From contig CM082583.2 in NCBI GenBank assembly GCA_040954595.2, positions 7,004,849-7,068,848 of the forward strand: a stretch of DNA of 64,000 nucleotides, written 5' to 3'. How positions within the stretch are numbered: position 1 is the stretch's first letter; every line of letters begins with the position of its first letter. Source of the stretch: Balanoglossus misakiensis (lineage: Eukaryota; Animalia; Hemichordata). The position numbers were made by a program, and so were the translations under genes. The notes below the pieces were generated by a model. It was not told the DNA's origin. It worked only from the letters and a program-made list of their open reading frames with translations, and ran no database searches. Shown one piece after another: positions 51,801-64,000 of this stretch.

Positions 51801-54800
51801 ATGACAATTTTTCGACTTTCCGAAATATCAAAATTTCTTCATTTTTTGATAAAAATCATGGGTTATAACTCATGAAAATCGTCCAAAAATGACAATTTTT
51901 CGACTTTCCGAAATATCAAAATTTCTTCATTTTTTGATAAAAATCATGGGTTATAGCTCATGAAAATCGTCCAAAAATGACAATTTTTCGACTTTCCGAA
52001 ATATCAAAATTTCTTCACTTTTTGATAAAAATCATGGGTTATAGCTCCTGAAAATCGTCCAAAAATGACAATTTTTCGACTTTCCGAAATATCAAAATTT
52101 CTTCATTTTTTGATAAAAATCATGGGTTATAGCTCATGAAAATCGTCCAAAAATGACAATTTTTCGACTTTCCGAAATATCAATATTTCTTCACTTTTTG
52201 ATAAAAATCATGGGTTATAGCTCATGAAAATCGTCCAAAAATGACAATTTTTCGACTTTCCGAAATATCAAAATTTCTTCATTTTTTGATAAAAATCATG
52301 GGTTATAGCTCATGAAAATCGTCCAAAAATGACAATTTTTCGACTTTCCGAAATATCAAAATTTCTTCATTTTTTCGAAAAAATCATGGGTTATAGCTCA
52401 TGAAAATCGTCCAAAAATGACAATTTTTCGACTTTCCGAAATATCAAAATTTCTTCATTTTTTGATAAAAATCATGGGTTATAGCTCATGAAAATCGTCC
52501 AAATATGACAATTTTTCGACTTTCCGAAATATCAAAATTTCTTCATTTTTTGATAAAAATCATGGGTTATAGCTCATGAAAATCGTCCAAAAATGACAAT
52601 TTTTCGACTTTCCGAAATATCAAAATTTCTTCATTTTTTGATAAAAATCATGGGTTATAGCTCATGAAAATCGTCCAAAAATGACAATTTTTCGACTTTC
52701 CGAAATATCAAAATTTCTTCACTTTTTGATAAAAATCATGGGTTATAGCTCATGAAAATCGTCCAAAAATGACAATTTTTCGACTTTCCGAAATATCAAA
52801 ATTTCTTCATTTTTTGATAAAAATCATGGGTTATAGCTCATGAAAATCGTCCAAAAATGACAATTTTTCGACTTTCCGAAATATCAAAATTTCTTCATTT
52901 TTTGATAAAAATCATGGGTTATAGCTCATGAAAATCGTCCAAAAATGACAATTTTTCGACTTTCCGAAATATCAAAATTTCTTCATTTTTTGATAAAAAT
53001 CATGGGTTATAGCTCATGAAAATCGTCCAAAAATGACAATTTTTCGACTTTCCGAAATATCAAAATTTCTTCACTTTTTGATAAAAATCATGGGTTATAG
53101 CTCATGAAAATCGTCCAAAAATGACAATTTTTCGACTTTCCGAAATATCAAAATTTCTTCATTTTTTGATAAAAATCATGGGTTATAGCTCATGAAAATC
53201 GTCCAAATATGACAATTTTTCGACTTTCCGAAATATCAAAATTTCTTCATTTTTTGATAAAAATCATGGGTTATAGCTCATGAAAATCGTCCAAAAATGA
53301 CAATTTTTCGACTTTCCGAAATATCAAAATTTCTTCATTTTTTGATAAAAATCATGGGTTATAGCTCATGAAAATCGTCCAAAAATGACAATTTTTCGAC
53401 TTTCCGAAATATCAAAATTTCTTCACTTTTTGATAAAAATCATGGGTTATAGCTCATGAAAATCGTCCAAAAATGACAATTTTTCGACTTTCCGAAATAT
53501 CAAAATTTCTTCATTTTTTGATAAAAATCATGGGTTATAGCTCATGAAAATCGTCCAAAAATGACAATTTTTCGACTTTCCGAAATATCAAAATTTCTTC
53601 ATTTTTTGATAAAAATCATGGGTTATAGCTCATGAAAATCGTCCAAAAATGACAATTTTTCGACTTTCCGAAATATCAAAATTTCTTCATTTTTTGATAA
53701 AAATCATGGGTTATAGCTCATGAAAATCGTCCAAAAATGACAATTTTTCGACTTTCCGAAATATCAAAATTTCTTCACTTTTTGATAAAAATCATGGGTT
53801 ATAGCTCATGAAAATCGTCCAAAAATGACAATTTTTCGACTTTCCGAAATATCAAAATTTCTTCATTTTTTGATAAAAATCATGGGTTATAGCTCATGAA
53901 AATCGTCCAAAAATGACAATTTTTCGACTTTCCGTAATATCAAAATTTCTTCATTTTTTCGAAAAAATCATGGGTTATAGCTCATGAAAATCGTCCAAAA
54001 ATGACAATTTTTCGACTTTCCGAAATATCAAAATTTCTTCATTTTTTGATAAAAATCATGGGTTATAGCTCATGAAAATCGTCCAAAAATGACAATTTTT
54101 CGACTTTCCGAAATATCAAAATTTCTTCATTTTTTGATAAAAATCATGGGTTATAGCTCATGAAAATCGTCCAAAAATGACAATTTTTCGACTTTCCGAA
54201 ATATCAAAATTTCTTCATTTTTTGATAAAAATCATGGGTTATAGCTCATGAAAATCGTCCAAAAATGACAATTTTTCGACTTTCCGAAATATCAAAATTT
54301 CTTCATTTTTTGATAAAAATCATGGGTTATAGCTCATGAAAATCGTCCAAAAATGACAATTTTTCGACTTTCCGAAATAGCAAAATTTCTTCATTTTTTG
54401 ATAAAAATCATGGGTTATAGCTCATGAAAATCGTCCAAAAATGACAATTTTTCGACTTTCCGAAATATCAAAATTTCTTCATTTTTTGATAAAAATCATG
54501 GGTTATAGCTCATGAAAATCGTCCAAAAATGACAATTTTTCGACTTTCCGAAATATCAAAATTTCTTTATTTTTTGATAAAAATCATGGGTTATAGCTCA
54601 TGAAAATCGTCCAAAAATGACAATTTTTCGACTTTCCGAAATATCAAAATTTCTTCATTTTTTTGATAAAAATCATGGGTTATAGCTCATGAAAATCGTC
54701 CAAAAATGACAATTTTTCGACTTTCCGAAATATCAAAATTTCTTCATTTTTTGATAAAAATCATGGGTTATAGCTCATGAAAATCGTCCAAAAATGACAA

Positions 54801-55060
54801 TTTTTCGACTTTCCGAAATAGCAAAATTTCTTCATTTTTTGATAAAAATCATGGGTTATAGCTCATGAAAATCGTCCAAAAATGACAATTTTTCGACTTT
54901 CCGAAATATCAAAATTTCTTCATTTTTTGATAAAAATCATGGGTTATAGCTCATGAAAATCGTCCAAAAATGACAATTTTTCGACTTTCCGAAATATCAA
55001 AATTTCTTCATTTTTTGATAAAAATCATGGGTTATAGCTCATGAAAATCGTCCAAAAATG
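36836..55060. repeat. 88-bp AT-rich tandem satellite array, ~207 copies (~18.2 kb)
   Basis: Consensus gttatagctcatgaaaatcgtccaaaaatgacaatttttcgactttccgaaatatcaaaatttcttcattttttgataaaaatcatgg (88 nt), head-to-tail. Most copies are identical or carry 1-3 substitutions; a few 87/89-bp units and one 68-bp unit at ~51240. Confidence 0.99.
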
Positions 55061-55293
55061 AGTCGAAAATTGGTCATTTTTCGAAAAAAATCATGAAAAC
55101 CCATGAAAAATGTTCAAAAAGGCCCAAAATGTGAAAATTCGGCGAGTCGAAAATTGGTCATTTTTCGAAAAAAATCATGATGTATAACCCATGAAAAATG
55201 TTCAAAAAGGCCCAAAATATGAAAATTCGGCCAGTCGAAAATTGTTCATTTTTCCAAAAAAAATCATGATGTATAATCCATGAAAAATGTTCA
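55061..55293 (-). repeat. Diverged, inverted 88-bp-period relative of the main satellite (~2.7 copies)
   Basis: agtcgaaaatt at 55061, 55145 and 55233. Unit ccatgaaaaatgttcaaaaaggcccaaaatatgaaaattcggccagtcgaaaattgttcatttttccaaaaaaaatcatgatgtataa aligns colinearly with the reverse complement of the main monomer. Confidence 0.85.
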
Positions 55294-56207
55294 GATGTGT
55301 ATGGAATGAAATATCTGTATACCACAAACATATACCAATAAAGTTTTATCATGTTTTAGATTTCAGGCGTAAGTAGTTTGTGTTCCATGTTTCCAGCAAT
55401 ATTGCCGGAAGCTACGCGCTAATTGAAACCCGTTTCCTCAACCACACAGTGACAAGGCAGAAACTCAATTTGCCCGTAAAACTATCCCCAGATTGCACTG
55501 CTAGACAGATGCGCGTAATTAGGGAAGTTTTGACCTCCTGATGAAAGTTTAATTTCCTACTGGAATTACATTATGTCGGCAGAATAGGTGCCTTATCTAC
55601 CGCTCACTAATATTACGATTTTTTCGCCTTTTCACCGAGCGTGAAATTTCTCTTTCCTCGCTTCGTTATCCATTCAGAGACAGAACCACCGTCTAATATA
55701 GAACTTTGCCGTGTTCGCCTTAACTAACAAGTCAGTAAAATGAAATGGAACAGGAACGTGCATGGCTAGGACCGAGGTAGCTGTTCCTGGGATAATTTGC
55801 TCTGGTTCGAAATTGGTCTTTTTTATACATCTTATTGGCACGGAAATTGCGCGGGCATCCGTTGTAACCATGTACCGCAATTTGGTCAACACAGTGTCGT
55901 GTTTGCGCATGCGGATATGTATTTGAAAAGGTCGGCTTGATGTCGGTTTTAGAGCATCTGTTCAGTTTCCGTCCGCGTCCTTCTCTTAAGAGAAAATCCG
56001 TTCCAATCTGTATTGGCCCTGACACGTGATCTAGCTTACAGCCAATAATTAAAAATAGCGTCAAGGACACTGTGGTCCCATTTGAGGATTATGCGGAAAC
56101 AGTGACACACCAGAATAAAAATTACAGGTGACATTGCAAGCAGATCTGCAAGCAGCAATAGCGGGCCCAAGCCAACATAGCACATAGCAACATAGCAATA
56201 AGCATAT

Positions 56208-56900
56208 CTGCTCTGGATGCCAAGAAATGGTAAAGTAAGTCAAAGGTCACCTGAGGTCATGCAAAATTTGGGCAAGAAATTTTGACCTTATACTGGTCCA
56301 TGTTCAACAAAAACCAAACCTATAGCCCTATTGGTTAGCCTGTAATTAGGTATGCACATAATTAATAAGATATGCAGGTGTCACAGGTGACCCCCAATTT
56401 TGGCTTTTCAATTTTAGTCCCAACCCTCCAAACGCCAAGTCTGTACCTGCTCTGGATGCCAAGATATGATAAAGTAGGTCAAAGGTCACCTGAGGTCATG
56501 CAAAATTTGGCCAAGAAATTTTCACCTTATACTGGTCCATGTTTAACAAAAACCAAACCTATAGCCCTATTGGTTAGCCTGGAATTAGGTATGCACATAA
56601 TTAATGAGATATGCAGGTGTCACAGGTGACCAATATTTAAATTGGCTTTTCAATTTTAGTCCCAACCGTCCAAACGCCAAGTCTGTACCTGCTCTGGATG
56701 CTGAGATATAGGAAAGTAGGTCAAAGGTCACCTGAGATCACCCAAAATTTGGGCAAGAAATTTTGACCCTATACTAGTCCATGTCCAACAAGAACAAAAC
56801 CTCTAGCCCTAATACTTAGCCCGCAATTAGGTATGCACATAATTAATGTGTTAAGCAGGTGTTCCAGGTGAGCCCAAAATTTTGCCTTTTATTTTGGCCC
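56208..56900. repeat. ~240-bp tandem repeat, ~2.9 copies, inside the HINE-like element
   Basis: ctgctctggatgc at 56208, 56447 and 56689; shared gtcaaaggtcacctgag and aattaggtatgcacataattaat blocks. Confidence 0.92.
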
Positions 56901-57300
56901 CATTGTGCTAACTGACCAATAGACAGTCACTGTACAGCTATTGCACAGACCAGAATTCCACAATAAGACGTGGACATAGCTTAACCATAGAGGTATAAGT
57001 AAAGGTATAAATTTAATAAAAAGACTAAAAAATTCATAAAAAATTAAACATCCATGATATTAACTTAACACTTACAGGTCGATGTGAGGTTGACATATGG
57101 TACCTGCATACCAATTTTTAAAGCAATCTGAAGAGTAGTTGTTGACTTTCAGAGTTTTGATAAATTTCACATTTTTCCAGCTAATTTGCATATTTTTGGG
57201 CCTGGCAACTTCGTTTGGACAAACTCCCATCTACAGCCCAGCCTGCACCTACACACCAAATATTGAGGTGATACGCGCAGCGGTTTTCAAGTTTTTGATG

Positions 57301-57384
57301 TGGACGGACATACAGACATACATCCATCCATCCATCCATCCATCCATCCATCCATACATCCATACATGTACATACATACAGACG
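57301..57384. repeat. (CATC)n/(CATA)n microsatellite inside the HINE-like element
   Basis: ggacggacatacagacatacatccatccatcc...catacatacagac read directly. Confidence 0.92.
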
Positions 57385-60300
57385 CAACCGATCCCATAAG
57401 GTCCCATGGTATATATGCCTATACCAATGGGACCTAAAAATCATAATTTATTTTCATGGAACACAAACTACTTCATGGCATGAGATTAGCACGTGCCAAC
57501 GTGTTCCCGCACACCACTGGACAATCCTGAAAAAAGTTACCATGGTTACTTACCTTAACATCTGATGCGCCTCTCCACGTCGAAAACAATCCATGAAATT
57601 CCACACACTGTCAACAGCACACACAGCGACTGCTTGACAGATTGTTTCTCTAAATTTTATTTATGGTTGTTAAATGACTATCACTATTTCGCCTTCAGGC
57701 CTTGAAAATTTGCAGCAATGACACATAATTAATTTTAACTAGAATCAAGTAAATACAATTTTATTGTACAAATATTGCAGCGATTTTTATTATCACAGAT
57801 CACTTCTAAAGCTTAGCTATAACGCTCGCCCAACACACACGTGGCTAGTATAGTGTTCTGTTCGGAAAACTCGTTGTATTACGACTCATAACAGCAAAGA
57901 ATAGCAGAAGTGAAAAGAAAAAAAAGTAAGCATAACTCTGAGAAGCAAAAATACGTCTGGGCTCGTTGCTACAAAGAAGTCCAATATTATCGCAATTGCT
58001 GCAAAATGCCAAACCACGACGTTAAGTGCCCACGGAGTTGTTTTGAAGGAGCTGGAGGGATGGCAACCATTGCAATAACATTGATTATTGATTTCAGCTG
58101 GCCATGTGAAACGAACATTAATAAGATGAAATTTACAACAATGAATTACTGCTTAATTGGTATCGATCCTTCCAAAAAACCAACTACCGGTCCTCGACAG
58201 GAGCCTGCGAGTTAGCATTTCAGGAGACCACGTGGGTCAAACGATCGGTTTCAGTGCATTAGGGGTGCACTTTCTGTAAGTGTTGAGAGATGTTTGTTGC
58301 TTGCAAGAGTTTCGTTCTAGTAATACGCTTACAGAGATAGCGGGTGGAATAATTCAACCGATGGAAAAAAATCTCGTTTACATGATTCCTGGAATTTAAA
58401 ATATTTCTGGGACTATATTCATAATTCCAGCAGTGTCTTTCAGAAGAAATGATAAAATCGCTGCGAAAATTCGTCTTGTAAATATTCAGATTCCTTTCAG
58501 CCAAGAAATACAAAGAGCCGCCCAAACATCGGGCTGACACCGCATACAGGAAGGTTGGAAATAATTGATTTTTCATGCGAACACCAAGAATTCTTTCCAA
58601 GTGCTGCGGAAGTAACCCTCCGACCCCAGCCAGCAAACTTTAAGATACAAACTTGGAAGGTATAGATGGCGTGTGTCCTCTTTAGAAATCCTGTCCCCGA
58701 ATCGATGGTGTGTTCTTCGAAACGTAAGTTTAAATCTCAATATTAATCATGAACTCGTTCAATAATATAAGCGAGATAAGTTGCATATTGGAGATTTCCT
58801 ATTTCCTTGCCCAAGGCAGTCGTATCCCGGATATTAATTACAAAACATAATTGTTGATATTGCCAAATACCGACTGAAGTTTAATTTAATTTGATTTTTT
58901 GTTATGATTTAATTCAACTTAATTTAACATGTATTTGATAATGATAATAATCATCACATAAAATGTCAATAAGATGCGCATTCCATAACATCCCGTATTG
59001 AAATTGATACAATCAAAGGAATTTAGACATTCAAATTAACATGTTTATCTTTTGCTCCATCGGTAAAAGGAGTGGCGATTTCACAAACAACCACATACAT
59101 GTAAATGATAATATAAACATTTCCAGTCTGCGATTTTTTATTTCATCTTAACATCCGCCTCGACGACTCTCTAACCATACGCGCCGGGGCCTTTTTCTTC
59201 GATTCGACGCAAGCCCCGTTAAACCTTATTGCCCGGAAGCGCAATCAAAAATGGATTTGGTATCGATTTTTTGCACAGCACACTTTTTCCTATTTTTCCT
59301 GGTCCTCCCTTAATGTGGTATTAACTCATTAATTTAGCAATTAACTTCGCAAATGGTACAGGTGGATGGCTCCTGGGCTAATCCGTTTACTGAGCACACT
59401 CCCTCCGAGTATTGTCAAATGATCGATATACTGATTTCAATCGTATTTGTTCCATAATGACCAATTTCTACTCCATCAGTTCGTTTACTTGAATAAGAAC
59501 GGTCGAAAGAGAAATAATAGAATAAACATTTCATTTTCGTTTTCCTGGAACGCACAGGCTATACGATTATGAGTCTGTTGGCTGGGGACAATGGCCGTCG
59601 TCAAATTACTATTCCGACAGCATTGCAGATATTATTGAACATTAAATTGTGCGGTAGGCTGTTGGTAATCTTAACACACACCGTGTAAAGTAACAAGAAA
59701 AGAAATAAAGAAATGTACATGTAATCTGAGAGGGGGTCGCTCACTGATCAAAGTGTCAAATATTGGATTTTGTGAATTATCCCTTGACTAGCTGGGTGTG
59801 TTCCTGTCGGCAATCACCATCTTCCTGTTGGAGATACAAGTAATATCCGTTTTCTTGTTCCAATATCTTGTTCAATCCTGCGACTCGGGAGAACATCACC
59901 GACGCCATGCAATCTGAATTCCGATATTTGCGGTGTCTGGCTGGCAGGGAGTTGAAAGCCGTCGAAGTAGTAGATTTTTCCCAGGCCCGTTGTTTTCTAT
60001 GCAATGGCTTCACTGCACCATTCGAGATAATTTCAGTATTTGGGCCGAGCTATCCTTTCTGTGGGCGGGAAAAAGACGCTTAGGATTTTACTCTGTATGA
60101 TCAAGATATGGTCGACCCTGTCGGTGTTTTACATGAAAAGGGGGCTTGGATAGAGGGGAAAAATTCAATCATTACTCAACCTGAACCTGTAAAAATTTCA
60201 CCAGTTCGGTGAATGGAAATTAATCCACAACACCAACTTTTTAAGCGTGGTAACTTGAGTGTTTGGTGAGTGTGGTTTCAGCGTTATCGATTGTGTATGT

Positions 60301-63300
60301 TTGTCATTGTTGTCCACTTTTCACGCTTGCCACTAATGAACAAGAACTAATCAGCCAGACTCCCTAAGCAGTTGAGAATCCTTCCCCTCACCAAGTAATA
60401 TTTTTTTAATATTCGAAATTAGTGGAATATTAACTACTTCAGCAGCCGTAAAATAAATGTGTTTTGGAAGTTATGTAGCATGTTGTACGGTAAAATGGAC
60501 CAATCACGCGTCCTTTCGCTGAAGCGATACATAGTATGAGCAAAGCAACGCGTAGTGCAACCCTAAGTAACCGCCCTCTGTATTTTTTTGTTTTGTTTTG
60601 TTCAACAATTGAAAAAACATGACCACCCCTATATAAACATATGTTCAGAGTGCTACGGTCAATGCGTGTACCCGCATATTAGCGCGCCGATTGTCTGCCC
60701 TCTCCGCGGGTTTCCATCTCTGCGTAATTACTCTGTATTGATCAAACAAGCGTTTATTTTTGCCTCTCCCAAACAAACTCAACCGTAACTAATCGTCATA
60801 ATTACCACCCATTGTTTTCTAATAGGACATCAGCGGAGGTAGCCAAGTAAAAAATGATATCAATTACACTTTATGCCACTGGGTGGTGATCTTGAATTTA
60901 TCTGCGAGACCAATACGCGCGTACTGTTATTTTTTAGCGCAAATAACCCGCGCGGCCAAGGCACCATTTTCCTGAAGCTGGCGCTTTGCTTACTTTTTGT
61001 CGGCCCGTGTCTCTTGGGCAGCCGAGCTAAATTGGACAACTCATCAGAATTCAACTGTTAAACAGCCACACGAGAGTTGATTATATTAATTAATTAGGTG
61101 CCGGGTAAGAATAGAGGAGAGCCGCGGAATACAATGTAATTTTGATTGACAGGACTCCATCCGTCGGATAATAGACTGCTTTTTAATGAAATTTACATAA
61201 CAGAGGGAATGCACAATATCGCTGGTCAACTCATTGACACAGCGAAACAGGCATCTTTAAACGACGTGTTGTTTAGACATTTAAACAGATCTCTTATATA
61301 GCTACCCGTAGATTTACCTCTCGCAGCATAGGGGCCCGTAGACCACCGCTCTCGTGTTGCAAACGTGTAAATTCAAAAAGGCAGGAAAAACAATACGACA
61401 TTTAACAATATCGAGTGAATTTCCTTCGTGGGAAAAAGCGAAAGACAATGTCATTTGCTTTTGATAAAATTCCTTTCATTTGTTTCATTTGTTCTTTTGT
61501 TTTCACTTTTCTAGCTTTAATTTAATTGTTAGCTTGAACAGAGTAGTGTTACGCGCATGATATCAAAGGAATATAGTTAGTGTTTGTATCATGGCTGTAA
61601 CTCCATTGAATTGGTTGGGTTTGGGTTCGGAGATCGTGGAATTTTGTTTTCTGGTATTATACATCGCTGCTTCCGTTTCTCCCAAATGGTAGGACAGGTT
61701 AACATTAATATTCTCCGGTTCCGGCCAACAGTAAAACCCTGACCAATAAATAGAACAAAATACCCCCCCCCAAACAACAACAAACAACAACAAAACAACC
61801 ATGCATGTTCACAGAATACAAAACGCGGATGAATCATTCGTTTGATTTCATTTCTAACTTGTTTCAAGACTGGCTAATACCTGGATAGACGAACAAAGAG
61901 CAAAGTATTCCAGAATATTTTTTTCTTCTTCACATCAATCAGTTGGATCCCGTTTCAATCCCATTTGTTATTTTGAAAGACTGGTTCATATCATTCGTTT
62001 TATTTCGTTTCATTTCTTAATAATGAGAGACATGGTGATACCCGGATGTACGTTTTGTCTGTTCATAATTGCCCTGTTGATTGATAGTTTCATCAACGAA
62101 ATGGTTGGTTGAAAACAGAATGGTACAGACAACACGGCCAGATATAAATGTTTAAACTCTGATATTAAACACGTGTTTTTAATATGTCGGGTGCTTATGA
62201 TTAAGTTGTTACCGTTTAACGGTTGGCAAGGTGATTGGTCCATTCTTCTTTGAGTGTGCTCGACGGCTAATTTCCATTTAGTAATAATTAATAGAGGAGA
62301 TTGGGCGCATTTCTGTCGTCCGTTCTAATATGTATGGAAGTTGGGTTGTTAGAAGCGAAAGGGATTGAATATATTCACACATGTCGATGCATAACCGCGT
62401 ATATACTGTACTCATGTATGACCCCAGTGTGATCTATTTTTATGTTGCGGGTGATAGTTGGGTCCTCTTGATTGTCTAGCTCCCAGTCGGGTCGGTGTGT
62501 CCACCAGCTGCTGCGCGCATCAAGACAACCTGGTTGGGAAATGTTGTCACTATGATTCTCAGAGTGCGTGGCATAGCGTTAGGGTGACGTAAGTGATTAC
62601 ATTAATTCGTTGGCGGCAGATGGAACTGTCGCAACTATTGCTGGTCGGTTATGGGTGGTTGGCTCGTTGATAAATTGCTGGTTGGTTGGTTGGCTGGTCG
62701 ATAGCTGGCTGTAGGTGGTATAGGCCTACAGGTTTCTCTGTTGGTCGCTAATAGTTAGCCGGTTTTGCAGTAGACAGACTTGTCGATTTGGCCGATTGGT
62801 TGCAAGGGGCCATAACTCCTATAACCCAGAGTGCACGACGTTGATATAGACGGGTTGGGAGGAGCCTTTCTATATTTGTTGGAATATGACTACGTCATTC
62901 TTAAGTGTTTGTTTTGTTTGCCGACAAGTTTGGCTTGGTTCAGTGGCTGGTGATTTTGGGTACGGACGCGGTTTGGCTTTACAGTCAGTCACCTGCTGTC
63001 GTGTTTGGTCGAACGATCAGGTTTAGCAGCGACGTCACGTGACTGCAGCTGAGTGATATTCCGGTAATTCGACGGAGGCTTCGTAAATGGAGGATTTCCA
63101 CGGGACATACAAGCTATTACCAGATGGTGTGCGTAATGCTGTTACCGACGACGTAAATCATTTAGAGCGAATTCGAATCATCCACGGTAAATTCATCAGC
63201 CCTCAAGACTACCCCCCACCCGCGTCGAGCAGATCTCCGTTAACTACTTTTCAATCAACGTGTTTACTCCGTAATCTCATTTACTAAATAATCTTGTTGT

Positions 63301-64000
63301 CATCGCCTTGTGTCGTTTAATGTCGTAATACATTTAATTGTCTGTCAGGGCGGCCGGCGGGGCCCCGAAGCCTTCCGAGTTACACCCAATGAATGTTTGA
63401 TGACATCGACCTATAACCATTCGATAATGATAGTCACTTCAACTTAAAAAGCCCCGCAAACTTCCAGAAGATCACCGATTTCACGGGGCATACCGTTAAT
63501 ACGCAGGCGGCCAGTTCACCTGCCAAAGCAGTAAAGTGAGAAACACTTGGTGAAGTGGTTGTGTTGTTCCGCACCGAATAAAGAGGTCCTCAGATTTTCC
63601 AATATACAAAGCCAAACTTCCCCCAAAAAACATAAAAACAAAAACGCGGATTCGGATAGCAAATTGGATCTGCTAGTGTGCCCCCGGTCTCCACCTTGTA
63701 TGCCGCCGTGTAATATACACACTTTCGACAAAAATAAACTACACATTAGTAAAATGCGATTACCAATATCAGTTTAAAGTACGCTTCAAGGAAGGTATTT
63801 CAAATTTATTTAGAAGTAATTGCGCCTAATGCGGTTATCTTTCAGTGTGTGTGAGTGAATAAATGTTAATTCGGCATCTGCGTGTTTCCGCAAACTCAAT
63901 TTGGTTTTGCACATGTCTCTGTTTACGCTGGCAATATCAATGTCTCTGTGTATTTCTTCTGCGCGAAAAGACATTTCATCTCGCCAGGTAGGAAATCTAC

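Larger units (their letters stand above)
56051..57440 (-). mobile_element. Non-autonomous Helentron-associated element (HINE / DINE-1-like)
   Basis: Read on the minus strand: T-run; subTIR aggtcccatt with a nearby inverted partner forming a hairpin (57399-57435); (GATG/GTAT)n microsatellite (57301-57384); central ~240-bp tandem core; distal subTIR aatgggacc (56074-56082); terminal stem-loop agtgtc-ctt-gacgct (56057-56071); T-run. No coding capacity. Confidence 0.78.

Noticed and set aside
36836-55060. CRISPR array
   Set aside because: Units are head-to-tail with no unique spacers, no cas genes are present, and the context is eukaryotic.
61302-61325. miR-10/miR-100-like seed (tacccgtagat)
   Set aside because: Similarity ends after ~11 nt and no complementary star arm is evident.
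63087-63287. 66-aa ORF starting MEDFHGTYKL, reminiscent of an FABP N-terminus
   Set aside because: Lacks the following SENF(D/E)xY/F motif, and no further FABP-like exons are visible; left uncalled.

Overview
Eukaryotic (intron-rich, AT-rich, animal) genomic DNA; gene content and repeat style suggest a marine invertebrate, possibly a non-vertebrate deuterostome (inference only). The first ~32 kb is gene-dense. I could assemble seven protein-coding genes by reading GT-AG splice sites: a GH27 lysosomal alpha-galactosidase/alpha-N-acetylgalactosaminidase (+), a 7-exon proteolipid-protein (PLP/DM20/M6)-family tetraspan gene that is almost invisible in the ORF track (+), ARMC6 (+), PARP16 (-), AK6 (+, head-to-head with PARP16), a 98-aa two-repeat protein of unknown function (+) and a single-coding-exon Golgi carbohydrate 6-O-sulfotransferase (+). 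36.8-55.1 kb is an ~18.2 kb array of ~207 copies of an 88-bp AT-rich satellite. The array has internal higher-order duplications, and both of its ends are bounded by inverted, diverged relatives of the monomer. Next comes a complete DINE-1/HINE-like non-autonomous Helentron-type element with its own ~240-bp tandem core, then ~6.5 kb with no recognisable coding sequence. Several very short hairpin/TIR insertions are scattered through the window, some with target-site duplications, including one of only 26 bp. There is no CRISPR array, and I found no rRNA or tRNA. All calls come from reading the sequence by eye; no database searches were run.
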